Source: Desulfobulbus propionicus DSM 2032
Lineage (GTDB): Bacteria > Desulfobacterota > Desulfobulbia > Desulfobulbales > Desulfobulbaceae
Direction of reading: 5' to 3'
DNA length: 32,000 nt
Assembly (NCBI RefSeq): GCF_000186885.1
Contig: NC_014972.1
Span: forward strand, 2,490,001-2,522,000
Shown here: positions 20,409-29,016 of the stretch, piece after piece
Layout: each line of letters starts with the position of its first letter
Position numbering within the stretch: position 1 is the stretch's first letter
Program-made: the position numbers and the translations under genes
The notes under the pieces: model-generated
What the model was told of the DNA's origin: nothing
Databases searched by the model: none
What the model saw: only the letters and a program-made list of their open reading frames with translations

Positions 20409-21362
20409 ATGGATACGAACCTTCCGGCGACATTCGACTTCACCTTCACACTCCTTGGCACGTCGCAACTCGACTTTCCCGATCACTTCATCGATTTTCT
20501 GTATCACGAATGCACGGATGCGTTGATCGTTGAGAGCTTGCAAAAAGTTGGCCTGACGCAACCATTGCCTGTCCGGCAGATTGCACCTTCACGCTATCAA
20601 CTCCTGGCCGGTTATCCCTATCTGCCAGCGATCAGGGATCTAGGGATCGATGAGGTTTATTGCCAACTCGTTTCCCCTGCCACCCCATTGTTCAATATCA
20701 CGTACCTGCAAATCGTTCATAGCTTGTCAACGGTCCGCAACAGTCCGGTCTTGCAAGCCCATCTTTTGCAAGAAGCGCAGCAAATCCTTGCCGACCATGA
20801 AGTAATGAAATTGTTGTCGGCCATGGGACACAAACCTCAACGGTACAAGCTGCAAGAACTTCTTGGTGTGCTACAATTAGAATCATTGGTCGTATTTGCC
20901 CTGCATAATGGGACCCTATCCTTAAAAGTTGGCAAACAATTCGCTCGTCTTTCCGAAGGAGATCAACGTTATCTGATGAAATTGATCGATACTTATCGCC
21001 CAGGAGGCTCAAAGCAGCAGAAACTGGTAGAGATGATAATCGAGATCTCTTTGCGAGAGGGCAAGTCCGTGAGTGATCTTGCAGAGGAATGGTTCAGGAC
21101 AGAAAAGGAGATCGATCAAGACAATATCCCGCAACAGCTGCAACAGCTTTTACGCTACCTGGACCACCGCTCTTCACCGGGAAAAAATGCGGCAGAAAAA
21201 AAATTCAGGCAGCTCATTCAAGAGCTGCAACCACCTGACCGAATAACGATTGAACACTGCCTTTCTTTTGAAGACGAAAGCCTGGAAGTTCGTCTGCAAT
21301 TTCCCGACAGCGACTCTCTGCGGCGGCAGTGGCCGGCTATCATCAATTGCACCACCCCTTGA
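20409..21362 (+). CDS. ParB/Spo0J-like N-terminal-domain protein, divergent (tentative)
   Basis: 317 aa; 'LPVRQIAPSRYQLLAGYPYLPAIRDLGIDEVYCQLV' resembles the ParB core '..dGrYeLvaGERRlrAa..LG..eVPvivv' and 'NGTLSLKVGKQFARLSEGDQRYLMKLI' resembles the ParB HTH entry. Family call from pattern only. Confidence 0.5.
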   Translation: MDTNLPATFDFTFTLLGTSQLDFPDHFIDFLYHECTDALIVESLQKVGLTQPLPVRQIAPSRYQLLAGYPYLPAIRDLGIDEVYCQLVSPATPLFNITYLQIVHSLSTVRNSPVLQAHLLQEAQQILADHEVMKLLSAMGHKPQRYKLQELLGVLQLESLVVFALHNGTLSLKVGKQFARLSEGDQRYLMKLIDTYRPGGSKQQKLVEMIIEISLREGKSVSDLAEEWFRTEKEIDQDNIPQQLQQLLRYLDHRSSPGKNAAEKKFRQLIQELQPPDRITIEHCLSFEDESLEVRLQFPDSDSLRRQWPAIINCTTP

Positions 21363-21524
21363 CACCCGTTCATCAACAGGGGCATGCAACGTCCGCCTGT
21401 GACCGCCGGTAACGCGTCGAACAGCAGGATTTCTCCACGGATTCGAAAGGTCAAAAAAAAGCCGAGAAAACCAGTTATCGCCCTGGTTTCCATCGGCTTG
21501 GCTGGAACCTCTTCGACAGGATCA

Positions 21525-21890
21525 TCAAGCCGCCTTCGAATCGGCCTTCTGCACTTTTTTGATTTTCTGCTTGTCGATTTTCTTGGGGACCAGGGCATTG
21601 GCCATGAACGCTGTGCACTGTTTGCGTTTTTCAAAAGGACAATCGGTGATATTCCAGCAAGGTGTGTACTGGAGCAACTTTTTCACGGCGGCAATGGATA
21701 CACCATGTTCGTGGATCATCTCCCGCAGACACTCGATCCATTTGATATCGTTCATGGTGTAGTACCGCCACTTCCCCTTGCGCAAGGGAGCAACCAGCCC
21801 CTCTTCCTCATAAATCCGCAAGGTCCGGGGATGCACCCCAAGCATCTGCGCCGCTACCCCGATGGTAAATATCGCTTTTTGTTCATCAAC
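21525..21890 (-). CDS. MerR family (HspR-like) transcriptional regulator with Cys-rich C terminus, module 1
   Basis: IGVAAQMLGVHPRTLRIYEEEGLVAPLRKGKWRYYTMNDIKWIECLREMIHEHGVSIAAVKKLLQYTPCWNITDCPFEKRKQC. Start chosen at MVDEQKAIF; ORF track extends to 21944. Confidence 0.88.
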   Translation of the reverse strand, partial: VDEQKAIFTIGVAAQMLGVHPRTLRIYEEEGLVAPLRKGKWRYYTMNDIKWIECLREMIHEHGVSIAAVKKLLQYTPCWNITDCPFEKRKQCTAFMANALVPKKIDKQKIKKVQKADSKAA

Positions 21891-21965
21891 CATTTCAACC
21901 CTCGCAATGGTAAATTCATGACCGTTCCCCAAGGGAACGGTCATGAATCGGATCGATTCCCAGGA

Positions 21966-23150
21966 TCAATGCGCCTCGTGCTCGGTGAAACTCTTGCCAA
22001 AGAATCGTTCGCCCTGAAGGAAGGCTATGCCGGTCAAACCGATACCCGCCATGACCACAAGCCACTCATATCCAGATGGTGTGTAGGTAAGATAGGTGGG
22101 TAAATTATCATAACCGGCATATTGAGGCACGATCTGCCCACCAACCACCATGTTGAGCCGGGAGACAAACATGCCAACCAAGGTCATCAACGCCGCGGTC
22201 GACATGGCCGCCACGCTCTTTAAACGGCTGAGAAGAAGCAGAACGACTGGCGCCGCCAGTCCGACTCCGACCTCAAGTGCCCAGAAATTGAATGACAGCG
22301 GACCGATATAAAGAGCATTGGCAGCGATTTTTCCGTCATTGACGCCTCCGACATAGAACGAAGCCATTCTCCAGAAGGTGGAGACAGCAACCAGGATCAG
22401 CATCAGCAGCAATACCTTGCCGGCAGCGTGCACACCTTCAAAAACATGCTGTTCCATCTTGCGGCCACGAATGACATAGGCATAGTGGGTGAAAAGAATG
22501 GCTGCAGCCGCCCCGGATAGAAAGGCGCAGGCGAGGAAATACACCGGCAATTGGGCCCCATACCAAAACGGTCGAGCGGCTAGGGTGGCGAACACCCCAC
22601 CCAAACAGGTGTTGGCCGCAACCTCGGCCAAGGCGCCGAGAATGCCAAGCACCAGGGCCAAGGTGTAATGGCGGGTGAGGATAAGCCAGAACTCAAGAAG
22701 AATGAAACCAAGCGCCAAACCGTACAGCGTGCCCATCCACCAAATGTTGGAAGTGATGTTTGGCGAAATGATATTGTAGATCGCCATGCGCCATGGACTT
22801 TCGATTTCCATGCCGATGACCGTGAACCCGCTGAGGATGGTGATCAAGGAGATCCACACCATTCTGTTGGCCAGGGGAGCCAGTTTGTTGCCGCCGAACA
22901 CATGGCTGATCGCCGCCAACAAACACAATCCCGTGGAGGTGATGGCAAAAAAAGCGTACGTGGAAATCAAAAGCCCCCAGGGAACTTCACGTGTGTTGTT
23001 GAATATATGTTCATGACCAATAAAAAAACCAACTAGGCCGACACCAACGCCGACGATCAAAAGTAACCCGAAAATACCGGATAAGGTTTTTACCAGGGGA
23101 CTCGCCACCTCCGGTTCAGCTGTTGCAGTCAGTGAAAATCCGTTTGCCAT
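21966..23150 (-). CDS. NrfD/PsrC (HmcC/NhcC-like) polytopic membrane subunit of a quinone-interacting redox complex, module 1
   Basis: 394 aa, about 10 hydrophobic segments; HEHIFNNTREVPWGLLISTYAFFAITSTGLCLLAAISHVFG, MEIESPWRMAIYNIISPNITSNIWWMGTLYG. Confidence 0.85.
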   Translation of the reverse strand: MANGFSLTATAEPEVASPLVKTLSGIFGLLLIVGVGVGLVGFFIGHEHIFNNTREVPWGLLISTYAFFAITSTGLCLLAAISHVFGGNKLAPLANRMVWISLITILSGFTVIGMEIESPWRMAIYNIISPNITSNIWWMGTLYGLALGFILLEFWLILTRHYTLALVLGILGALAEVAANTCLGGVFATLAARPFWYGAQLPVYFLACAFLSGAAAAILFTHYAYVIRGRKMEQHVFEGVHAAGKVLLLMLILVAVSTFWRMASFYVGGVNDGKIAANALYIGPLSFNFWALEVGVGLAAPVVLLLLSRLKSVAAMSTAALMTLVGMFVSRLNMVVGGQIVPQYAGYDNLPTYLTYTPSGYEWLVVMAGIGLTGIAFLQGERFFGKSFTEHEAH

Positions 23151-23197
23151 GGGCCTAACCTCCTTTTGTGCTTGTTCAATAATGACAATGATGCTGA

Positions 23198-23431
23198 TTA
23201 TAACCGCGCTGGCTCAATCATCTTCTCCCTGTTCTCTTCGCTGGCAAGGGACCCGAGGCCAATCAAGACGACGATGGCTGAAAAGGGCCCTAAAAGAAGA
23301 AAAAGAACAAAGGTGAGACAGAACCAGAAAGACTCGACAATTTGCGTGACATGTGCCCGCATCCACAAGGCGAGAGAATGACCGCCATCATTTCCCGACT
23401 GTTTGGTTTGACTGTACGGTAGGATATTCAT
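23198..23431 (-). CDS. Small single-TM membrane protein in the NrfD operon, module 1 (position as in HmcD/NhcD-type subunits)
   Basis: 77 aa; ...VTQIVESFWFCLTFVLFLLLGPFSAIVVLIGLGSLASEENREKMIEPARL; AAGGGGG-like RBS; 47 bp upstream of nrfD. Confidence 0.65.
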   Translation of the reverse strand: MNILPYSQTKQSGNDGGHSLALWMRAHVTQIVESFWFCLTFVLFLLLGPFSAIVVLIGLGSLASEENREKMIEPARL

Positions 23432-23485
23432 TGGTTTCCCCCTTTTCGTTATCTGCCGATGAAGCGTTTCGATGCCTTTGACAAC

Positions 23486-23500
23486 GCAAGGGATATGCCA
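23486..23500 (-). promoter_or_regulatory. Candidate sigma54 (-24/-12) promoter for the small TM - nrfD - merR unit
   Basis: Minus strand TGGCAT-ATCCC-TTGC, i.e. GG-N10-GC with near-consensus flanks (consensus TGGCAC-N5-TTGC); about 55 bp from the 23431 start codon. Confidence 0.6.
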
Positions 23501-24133
23501 CCTGGATATGCGAGCGCCTTCTTTTCACGAAAGAATGACATAACGACTTGAAGTTACGTTTGTTTTACAATCTACAACAATTTGTTTTTAAGTTTTCAGT
23601 CCATCTACGATTGTCAATATTTTACTGGTACACGATCAAAATTAGCCCACATGCCACACTACGATTGATCAAAATACGCCTGATCTTTTCCGTGACACCA
23701 AGGGGACGCATGCATACTCCCAGGAAAAAAACGTCAATAATTTCAAACGATATCGTCCAGCAAGGCCAAAACTACCAACCCATGCCTTTCTTTACCGCTT
23801 CCGATAACAAAAGAACGGCTTCAAAAAAATATCTATAAATTCAATGTATTATAAAAAGCCAGCCACACGAGCGGCGCATTTCAAGTCCATCCAGACAAGA
23901 AACCACGCAACGACAGGGGACCGCTTCAAGGGAACGGTAGAGGGGTACCGTCATCGATACTCCACGAACCAATGAGTTAATCAAACAGGAAGGGAGGGGG
24001 GAGAGAGTGACAAGCCATGCTAGGTGTCGCGGAAAGAGTTGGAACCGCTATTGTCAGGAAAGTTGTCAATAGCGGTGGAGAGCTGAAAGGGCGGGACGGG
24101 CAGGACACCCGTCCCGATATGCTGAGCGGACGA

Positions 24134-24853
24134 TCAGTGTTCTTTTTTCCCGTGGTCCTTGCCTTCGACTTGGGCCGCGCCGGCAAATTTGCGCTCGAAT
24201 CCCTTTACGCCAATGTGACAGGTGGTACAACGGGTGTTGGAGGCAAAGGCGTCGGTGCCGTTATGGCAGACACCACAGTATTTGCCCGCATAGAGCGCCT
24301 CCATGGTAAATTTTTCTGGATGTTCTTCGGCTGCACCTTTGCGCATTTCAAAGGCCTTATCATGGCAGCTGGCACAGTCAAGCCCCATGTCAACATGCCC
24401 CTTGTGCTCGAATATGACCGATTTCACGGGAACATTAAACACAATGGTCTCCGGCTGCTTCATATCGCTACCATGGCAGACCTTGCAGGTTTCTGGTCCG
24501 GTGGTGTTGAACGCCATTTTGCCATCATGGCAGGCACCGCAGTATTTGCCGGCATCCAGGGAAGCCATGTTATAATCGCCCTTGGCCTTGGTTGATCCGC
24601 GTTTGCGCTCAAAGAGATCGGGGTGACAGCTGTCACAACTCAAGCCAGCGGTCACCACATGGGATTTGTGGCTGAACATCTCCTTGACCGGTTCCACAGC
24701 GATCACCTGGGTTTGGCCATAGGATTCAAATTGCTTGTCCTGGGCGGGCGGCTGTGCTGCGGTCGGGGCAGTTGCCTGAATATCGGCGGTGCACAATACC
24801 CCTGCGGCGACAAGAAGACCAAGGGCTGCGAGTATTTTCGTTTTTGTGTTCAT
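24134..24853 (-). CDS. Periplasmic multiheme cytochrome c (six CxxCH; two c7/c3-type triheme repeats)
   Basis: 239 aa; signal peptide; CDSCH, CGACH, CKVCH, CASCH, CGVCH, CTTCH plus FSHKSH and FEHKGH in two paralogous halves. Confidence 0.92.
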   Translation of the reverse strand: MNTKTKILAALGLLVAAGVLCTADIQATAPTAAQPPAQDKQFESYGQTQVIAVEPVKEMFSHKSHVVTAGLSCDSCHPDLFERKRGSTKAKGDYNMASLDAGKYCGACHDGKMAFNTTGPETCKVCHGSDMKQPETIVFNVPVKSVIFEHKGHVDMGLDCASCHDKAFEMRKGAAEEHPEKFTMEALYAGKYCGVCHNGTDAFASNTRCTTCHIGVKGFERKFAGAAQVEGKDHGKKEH

Positions 24854-24874
24854 AGTCCCCTCTCCTTCCGCTGT

Positions 24875-25630
24875 TTAGGCATTCATATAAAAGACATTGG
24901 GCAAGGCGCCGGTTTCCGGCCGCAGGACCCAGACCGTTGTTTCCGGCCGATGCACCAGTTTATAGACCTCGCTGTTTGGATCGCTGAGATCGCCGAACAC
25001 CCGGACCTTAGCCGGACAGGCTTCCACGCAGGCTGTGTCTTTTTTCCCTTTGGACAAGCGGGTGTCATAGCAGAAATTGCATTTATCGACCGCGCGAATT
25101 TCTTCATTGAAGTACCGTGCATTATAGGGACAAGCGGCCATACAGGTCTTGCAGCCGATGCATTTCTTGCTATCCATGACCACGATACCGGTGGTTTTAT
25201 CCTTGTAGGTGGCCACGGTGGGGCAAACGCGGACACAGGGCGGCTCGTTGCACTGGTTGCAGAGCACGGGCATGAATATTGTCTCTTTTTCTTTGGGTCC
25301 GATCTCCCGGACTCTTTCCAGGATCATGGTCCGCCAACCATAGGGAGGCACATGGTTGGTTTGGACACAGGCCTCCATGCAGCGTTCGCAATCGACGCAG
25401 AGATTCTGGCGCATGACCATGCTGTAATGAGGGCTGTAGGGGTATTTCTCGGTCTTTGGCGGAGCGCCCACAGCACTTTCGGCGTTGCGAACGCTGGTCA
25501 GCGACAGTATCGTCCCCCCCATGAACAATCCGGTAATGGCGAGTCCGGCGCGCAAAAAGGTTCGGCGCTCAAGTGAAGGCAGGTGTTCCACACCTTCATT
25601 GTTTAATTTTTCCAGCTCATTAATGTTCAT
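24875..25630 (-). CDS. Tat-exported ferredoxin-like subunit with four 4Fe-4S motifs (HmcB/NhcB/DsrO-like)
   Basis: 251 aa; RRTFLRAGLAITGLFMGG twin-arginine signal; CVDCERCMEAC, CNQCNEPPCVRVCP, CIGCKTCMAACP, CNFC...CVEACP; C-terminal hydrophobicity not prominent. Confidence 0.92.
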   Translation of the reverse strand: MNINELEKLNNEGVEHLPSLERRTFLRAGLAITGLFMGGTILSLTSVRNAESAVGAPPKTEKYPYSPHYSMVMRQNLCVDCERCMEACVQTNHVPPYGWRTMILERVREIGPKEKETIFMPVLCNQCNEPPCVRVCPTVATYKDKTTGIVVMDSKKCIGCKTCMAACPYNARYFNEEIRAVDKCNFCYDTRLSKGKKDTACVEACPAKVRVFGDLSDPNSEVYKLVHRPETTVWVLRPETGALPNVFYMNA

Positions 25631-25973
25631 TCCATACCCTCAAGATAAAAAGTAACGAAGACGACATCGGCACCTTGTGCTACAATGTGTTGTTATGGCC
25701 CGAAAAAAAAAGCCCTAGAATGAATAGCCACTCATTAATTAAAAAATGCAACGAGGGAACATAACCCAAAACCAAGAGAAGAGCAAGTTTTCAAATATAT
25801 GCTATAGTAAGGCAACTTCGCACAGCCAATTTTCACTCCTGGCACCCGTTGCGGCGGAGTGCCGCTGATGCAATCGAAATCAGTGTTTCGTTTCTCGCAC
25901 GGCTGAATCTTTTTATCCCGGAATGTGAACTGTTGACCGGTTCGCGCTTCCCTCCACCAAGCGGCGGCTGACC

Positions 25974-28379
25974 ATGAATAAAAATCTTTCCCGGGAACAC
26001 CCTGTGTTCCAGAACACATTGGCGGTATTCTCCCTTGACCGCGACTGCCGGATCATCGGGTTGAATAAAAATGCAGAACTGCTCACCGGTCGGCCCTTAG
26101 GCGAATTGTTTGGCAAATCAATGGATGAGCTCCTGCTGTTCAAAGGACAAACCGTCAATTTGGCCGAACTCTTCTCCCAGGCGGATTGGGAACAATCGCT
26201 TTCCCGCCAGTCCCTCTTGCTGCAGACTGACCAGGAAATCCGTCCCATCGACGTCCTGGCCACGGTGACCCCATTATGGGATCGCCACCGCGCGCTCTGC
26301 GGCGCGCTTGTCACCCTGGACAGCACCAATGAATCGCTCTATCACCAACTGCTTCTGGACAGCGTCTCCGAAGGCGTGCTAACCGTCAACCGCGACATGG
26401 AAATCATCTCGTTCAACCGCGCAGCGGAAGCGATCACCGGTTGGAAGACCGAGGAAATTCTCGGCAAGAACTGTCAGGATGTCTTTCCGGAAGAACTGTG
26501 CGAAAACGGCTGTCTGATTCGCTCCTCGATCGAGCGGGAGCAGTCGTTTGCGGCCCAGACCGTATTCATGACCCATAAGGACGGTCGGTTTTTCCCCCTG
26601 TCGCTAACCTCCTCGCCGCTCTACGATCTCAACGGCAAGGTCATCGGCGGAGTACAGACCTTTCATGATTGCTCCGACAGCCTCAACAATGCCTTGATCC
26701 TGGCTTCGGTGGCCGACGGCGTGTTCACCATCGACCGCAACCGGACCATCACCTCCTTCAATCGAGCGGCGGAATCGATCACCGGCTGGAAACAGGAAGA
26801 GGTGATCGGTAAACCCTGCAACGAAATTTTCCATTCCAGCGTCTGCGGCAGCGACTGCATGCTGATGAAGGCTATCGACCGCAACAACATGTACATCGAC
26901 CGGTCCATCTTCATCAAGGGCAAGGCGGGCAATTCCATCCCGGTGACCATCAGCTCGGCGCCGTTGTTCGACGATTTCGGCAATATCATCGGCGGCATCG
27001 AAACGTTCCGCGACAACACCTCCTCCATCCGTGAAAGCCTGATCCTTGATTCCATAGCCGATGGCGTGTTCACCGTGGACCGCAACTGGAACATCACCTC
27101 GTTCAACAGGGCCGCCGAGGAGATCACCGGCTGGTCACGGGAGGATGCCATGGGCATGTCCTGCTCAGACATCTTCCACTCGTCGATCTGCGGCAAAAAC
27201 TGCGCCATCGCCGAAAGCCTCTACAGCGGCAAACCGGTGGCCAACCGCTCGATCACCATCCGCAACAGTCAGGGGGAAAAGGTGCCGATCAGTATCAGCG
27301 CCGCCCCGCTCACCGATCATGAAGGCAACATTATCGGCGGGGTGGAGACCTTCCGCGATCTGACCGCGATCACCAGCCTGCGCCAGCAATTGAGCCAGAA
27401 ATATACCTTTGACGCGATCATCTCCAAGTCAGCCGCCATGCAGCGGCTGTTCAACATTCTTCCGGAAATCGCCCGCAGCCCCAGCACCGTGCTCATTCTC
27501 GGGGAATCCGGCACCGGCAAGGAATTGGTCGCCAGGGCGCTCTACAATGCTAGCGAACGCAAGGACAAGCCCTTTGTGGTGGTCAACTGCGCGGCCCTGC
27601 CGGAAACTCTGCTTGAATCCGAACTGTTCGGTTACAAGGCCGGCGCCTTCACCGATGCCCGCAAGGACAAGATCGGCCGTTTTGCCGCCGCCGAGGGCGG
27701 CACACTGTTCCTCGACGAGATCGGCGACATTCCCGGCGCCGTTCAGGTCAAACTGCTGCGCGTTCTCCAGGAAAAGGTCTACGAGCCGCTGGGCTCCAAC
27801 ACGCCGGTCAAGGCCGATGTGCGCATCATCACCGCCACCAACCGCAACCTCCAGGCCCTGGTCAAGGAAGGAGCTTTCCGCGACGACCTCTTCTACCGCC
27901 TCAATGTGGTCAAAATCAACCTGCCGCCGTTGCGTGAACGCAAGGAGGACATCCCGTTGTTGATCGATCACTTCATTAAAAAATACAGTGCCCAACAGGG
28001 TAAGGACATCGTCGGTATATCCAGCGGCGCCTTGGCCATCCTCATGCGCTACGACTATCCCGGCAACATCCGTGAATTGGAAAATATTGTCGAATATTCC
28101 TTTATCCTCTGCGAAGGCGGCTATATCCAACCCCAACATCTGCCCGAACCCTTTGCCGCCGGTTTCGAGCAACCCGCCTCCCGCGCCGTGCAGGATGACG
28201 GGCCGCAGACGCTTGAGGAGATCGAAAAACAGGCGATCATTCTCAGTCTGGAGCGCAACCGTTGGCGCAAGATGGCCACCTGCCGGGAACTGGCGATCTC
28301 CAAGGACACTCTGCGCCGCAAGATCGAACGCTATGGTATCCACAATCCGCTGACGGGCGAAGCCGAACAGGAAGAATAA
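25974..28379 (+). CDS. Sigma54-dependent transcriptional activator with divergent PAS plus three tandem PAS domains, AAA+ and Fis-type HTH
   Basis: 801 aa; PAS repeats (SVSEGVLTVNRDMEIISFNRAAEAITGW / SVADGVFTIDRNRTITSFNRAAESITGW / SIADGVFTVDRNWNITSFNRAAEEITGW), GESGTGKE Walker A, GAFTDA loop, GGTLFLDEIG Walker B, C-terminal LERNRWRKMATCRELAISKDTLRRKIERYGI. Confidence 0.95.
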   Translation: MNKNLSREHPVFQNTLAVFSLDRDCRIIGLNKNAELLTGRPLGELFGKSMDELLLFKGQTVNLAELFSQADWEQSLSRQSLLLQTDQEIRPIDVLATVTPLWDRHRALCGALVTLDSTNESLYHQLLLDSVSEGVLTVNRDMEIISFNRAAEAITGWKTEEILGKNCQDVFPEELCENGCLIRSSIEREQSFAAQTVFMTHKDGRFFPLSLTSSPLYDLNGKVIGGVQTFHDCSDSLNNALILASVADGVFTIDRNRTITSFNRAAESITGWKQEEVIGKPCNEIFHSSVCGSDCMLMKAIDRNNMYIDRSIFIKGKAGNSIPVTISSAPLFDDFGNIIGGIETFRDNTSSIRESLILDSIADGVFTVDRNWNITSFNRAAEEITGWSREDAMGMSCSDIFHSSICGKNCAIAESLYSGKPVANRSITIRNSQGEKVPISISAAPLTDHEGNIIGGVETFRDLTAITSLRQQLSQKYTFDAIISKSAAMQRLFNILPEIARSPSTVLILGESGTGKELVARALYNASERKDKPFVVVNCAALPETLLESELFGYKAGAFTDARKDKIGRFAAAEGGTLFLDEIGDIPGAVQVKLLRVLQEKVYEPLGSNTPVKADVRIITATNRNLQALVKEGAFRDDLFYRLNVVKINLPPLRERKEDIPLLIDHFIKKYSAQQGKDIVGISSGALAILMRYDYPGNIRELENIVEYSFILCEGGYIQPQHLPEPFAAGFEQPASRAVQDDGPQTLEEIEKQAIILSLERNRWRKMATCRELAISKDTLRRKIERYGIHNPLTGEAEQEE
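26352..27359 (+). repeat. Three intragenic PAS-encoding repeats, exact 345-bp (115-aa) period
   Basis: SFNRAA anchors at residues 146, 261 and 376; Cys at 167/176/180, 282/291/295 and 397/406/410. Confidence 0.9.
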
Positions 28380-28407
28380 ATCCGGCACGTTCATCCGGCA
28401 CAAAAAA

Positions 28408-28440
28408 AGCGTTCCGAACTTTGCTCGGAACGCTTTTTCG
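28408..28440 (+). terminator. Terminator downstream of the sigma54 activator, possibly bidirectional
   Basis: AGCGTTCCGA-ACTTTGC-TCGGAACGCT followed by TTTTCGTTTT, preceded by A7. Confidence 0.85.
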
Positions 28441-28572
28441 TTTTCCTCATCGTCTCAACCGTGCACCACCGACTGTTGGTCGAACGGTACTCCTGAGCCA
28501 ACTCGACACGGCCTTAGGCACACGATCTTTGCCGGTTGCCGGGGATCGAGGAACAACCGATTCGAAAATCGA

Positions 28573-29016
28573 TCAACCGGACGATTGGTGCTTTTTTTTT
28601 TGCCCGGGTTCGCCCCGACTCTGCCGATCCTTTTCCTTGGCCTCCAGCCGGGCGGCCGCATCACCTACCGGATGCAGCGTCCGCGGCACGGCCCGATCGA
28701 CCTTGGCCGTGCACTGTTGCTGGATTTCTGCTGGACATCCAGCCACTTCCCAGCAGGGAACCAAATCGAGCAGCTTTTTCAGCCCCGGAATACTGATCCC
28801 CTCTTCATGGATAAAGGTGCGCAGACAGGTTATCCATTGAATATCATCGGCGGAAAACATCCGCCGGTTGCCGACAAGGGTCGGCTTGATCAATCCTTCC
28901 TGTTCATAAATCCGCAACGTCCGCGGATGCACATTCAGCAACTTGGCGGCGACTCCGATCGGATAGATAGGCACATCGGACCGTATCGCCTGTATTTCCG
29001 TTTTCTTTCTTGCCAT
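28573..29016 (-). CDS. MerR family (HspR-like) transcriptional regulator with Cys-rich C terminus, module 2
   Basis: 147 aa; IGVAAKLLNVHPRTLRIYEQEGLIKPTLVGNRRMFSADDIQWITCLRTFIHEEGISIPGLKKLLDLVPCWEVAGCPAEIQQQC; co-linear with the 21525 regulator. Confidence 0.9.
   Translation of the reverse strand: MARKKTEIQAIRSDVPIYPIGVAAKLLNVHPRTLRIYEQEGLIKPTLVGNRRMFSADDIQWITCLRTFIHEEGISIPGLKKLLDLVPCWEVAGCPAEIQQQCTAKVDRAVPRTLHPVGDAAARLEAKEKDRQSRGEPGQKKKHQSSG

Noticed and set aside
23548-23838. 96-aa + ORF in the AT-rich gap between the cytochrome gene and the small TM gene
   Set aside because: No RBS or motif seen; lies over the putative regulatory region. Kept as non-coding pending conservation data.
24623-25576. 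317-aa + ORF opposite the cytochrome/ferredoxin genes
   Set aside because: The minus frames encode clear CxxCH and 4Fe-4S motifs; the + frame is a shadow.
25840-25852. TGGCACCCGTTGC resembling a sigma54 promoter upstream of the EBP
   Set aside because: GG and GC are separated by 8 rather than 10 bases, which is incompatible with sigma54 recognition.
27429-28403. 324-aa minus ORF opposite the sigma54 activator AAA+ domain
   Set aside because: The + frame carries textbook Walker A/B and Fis HTH motifs.
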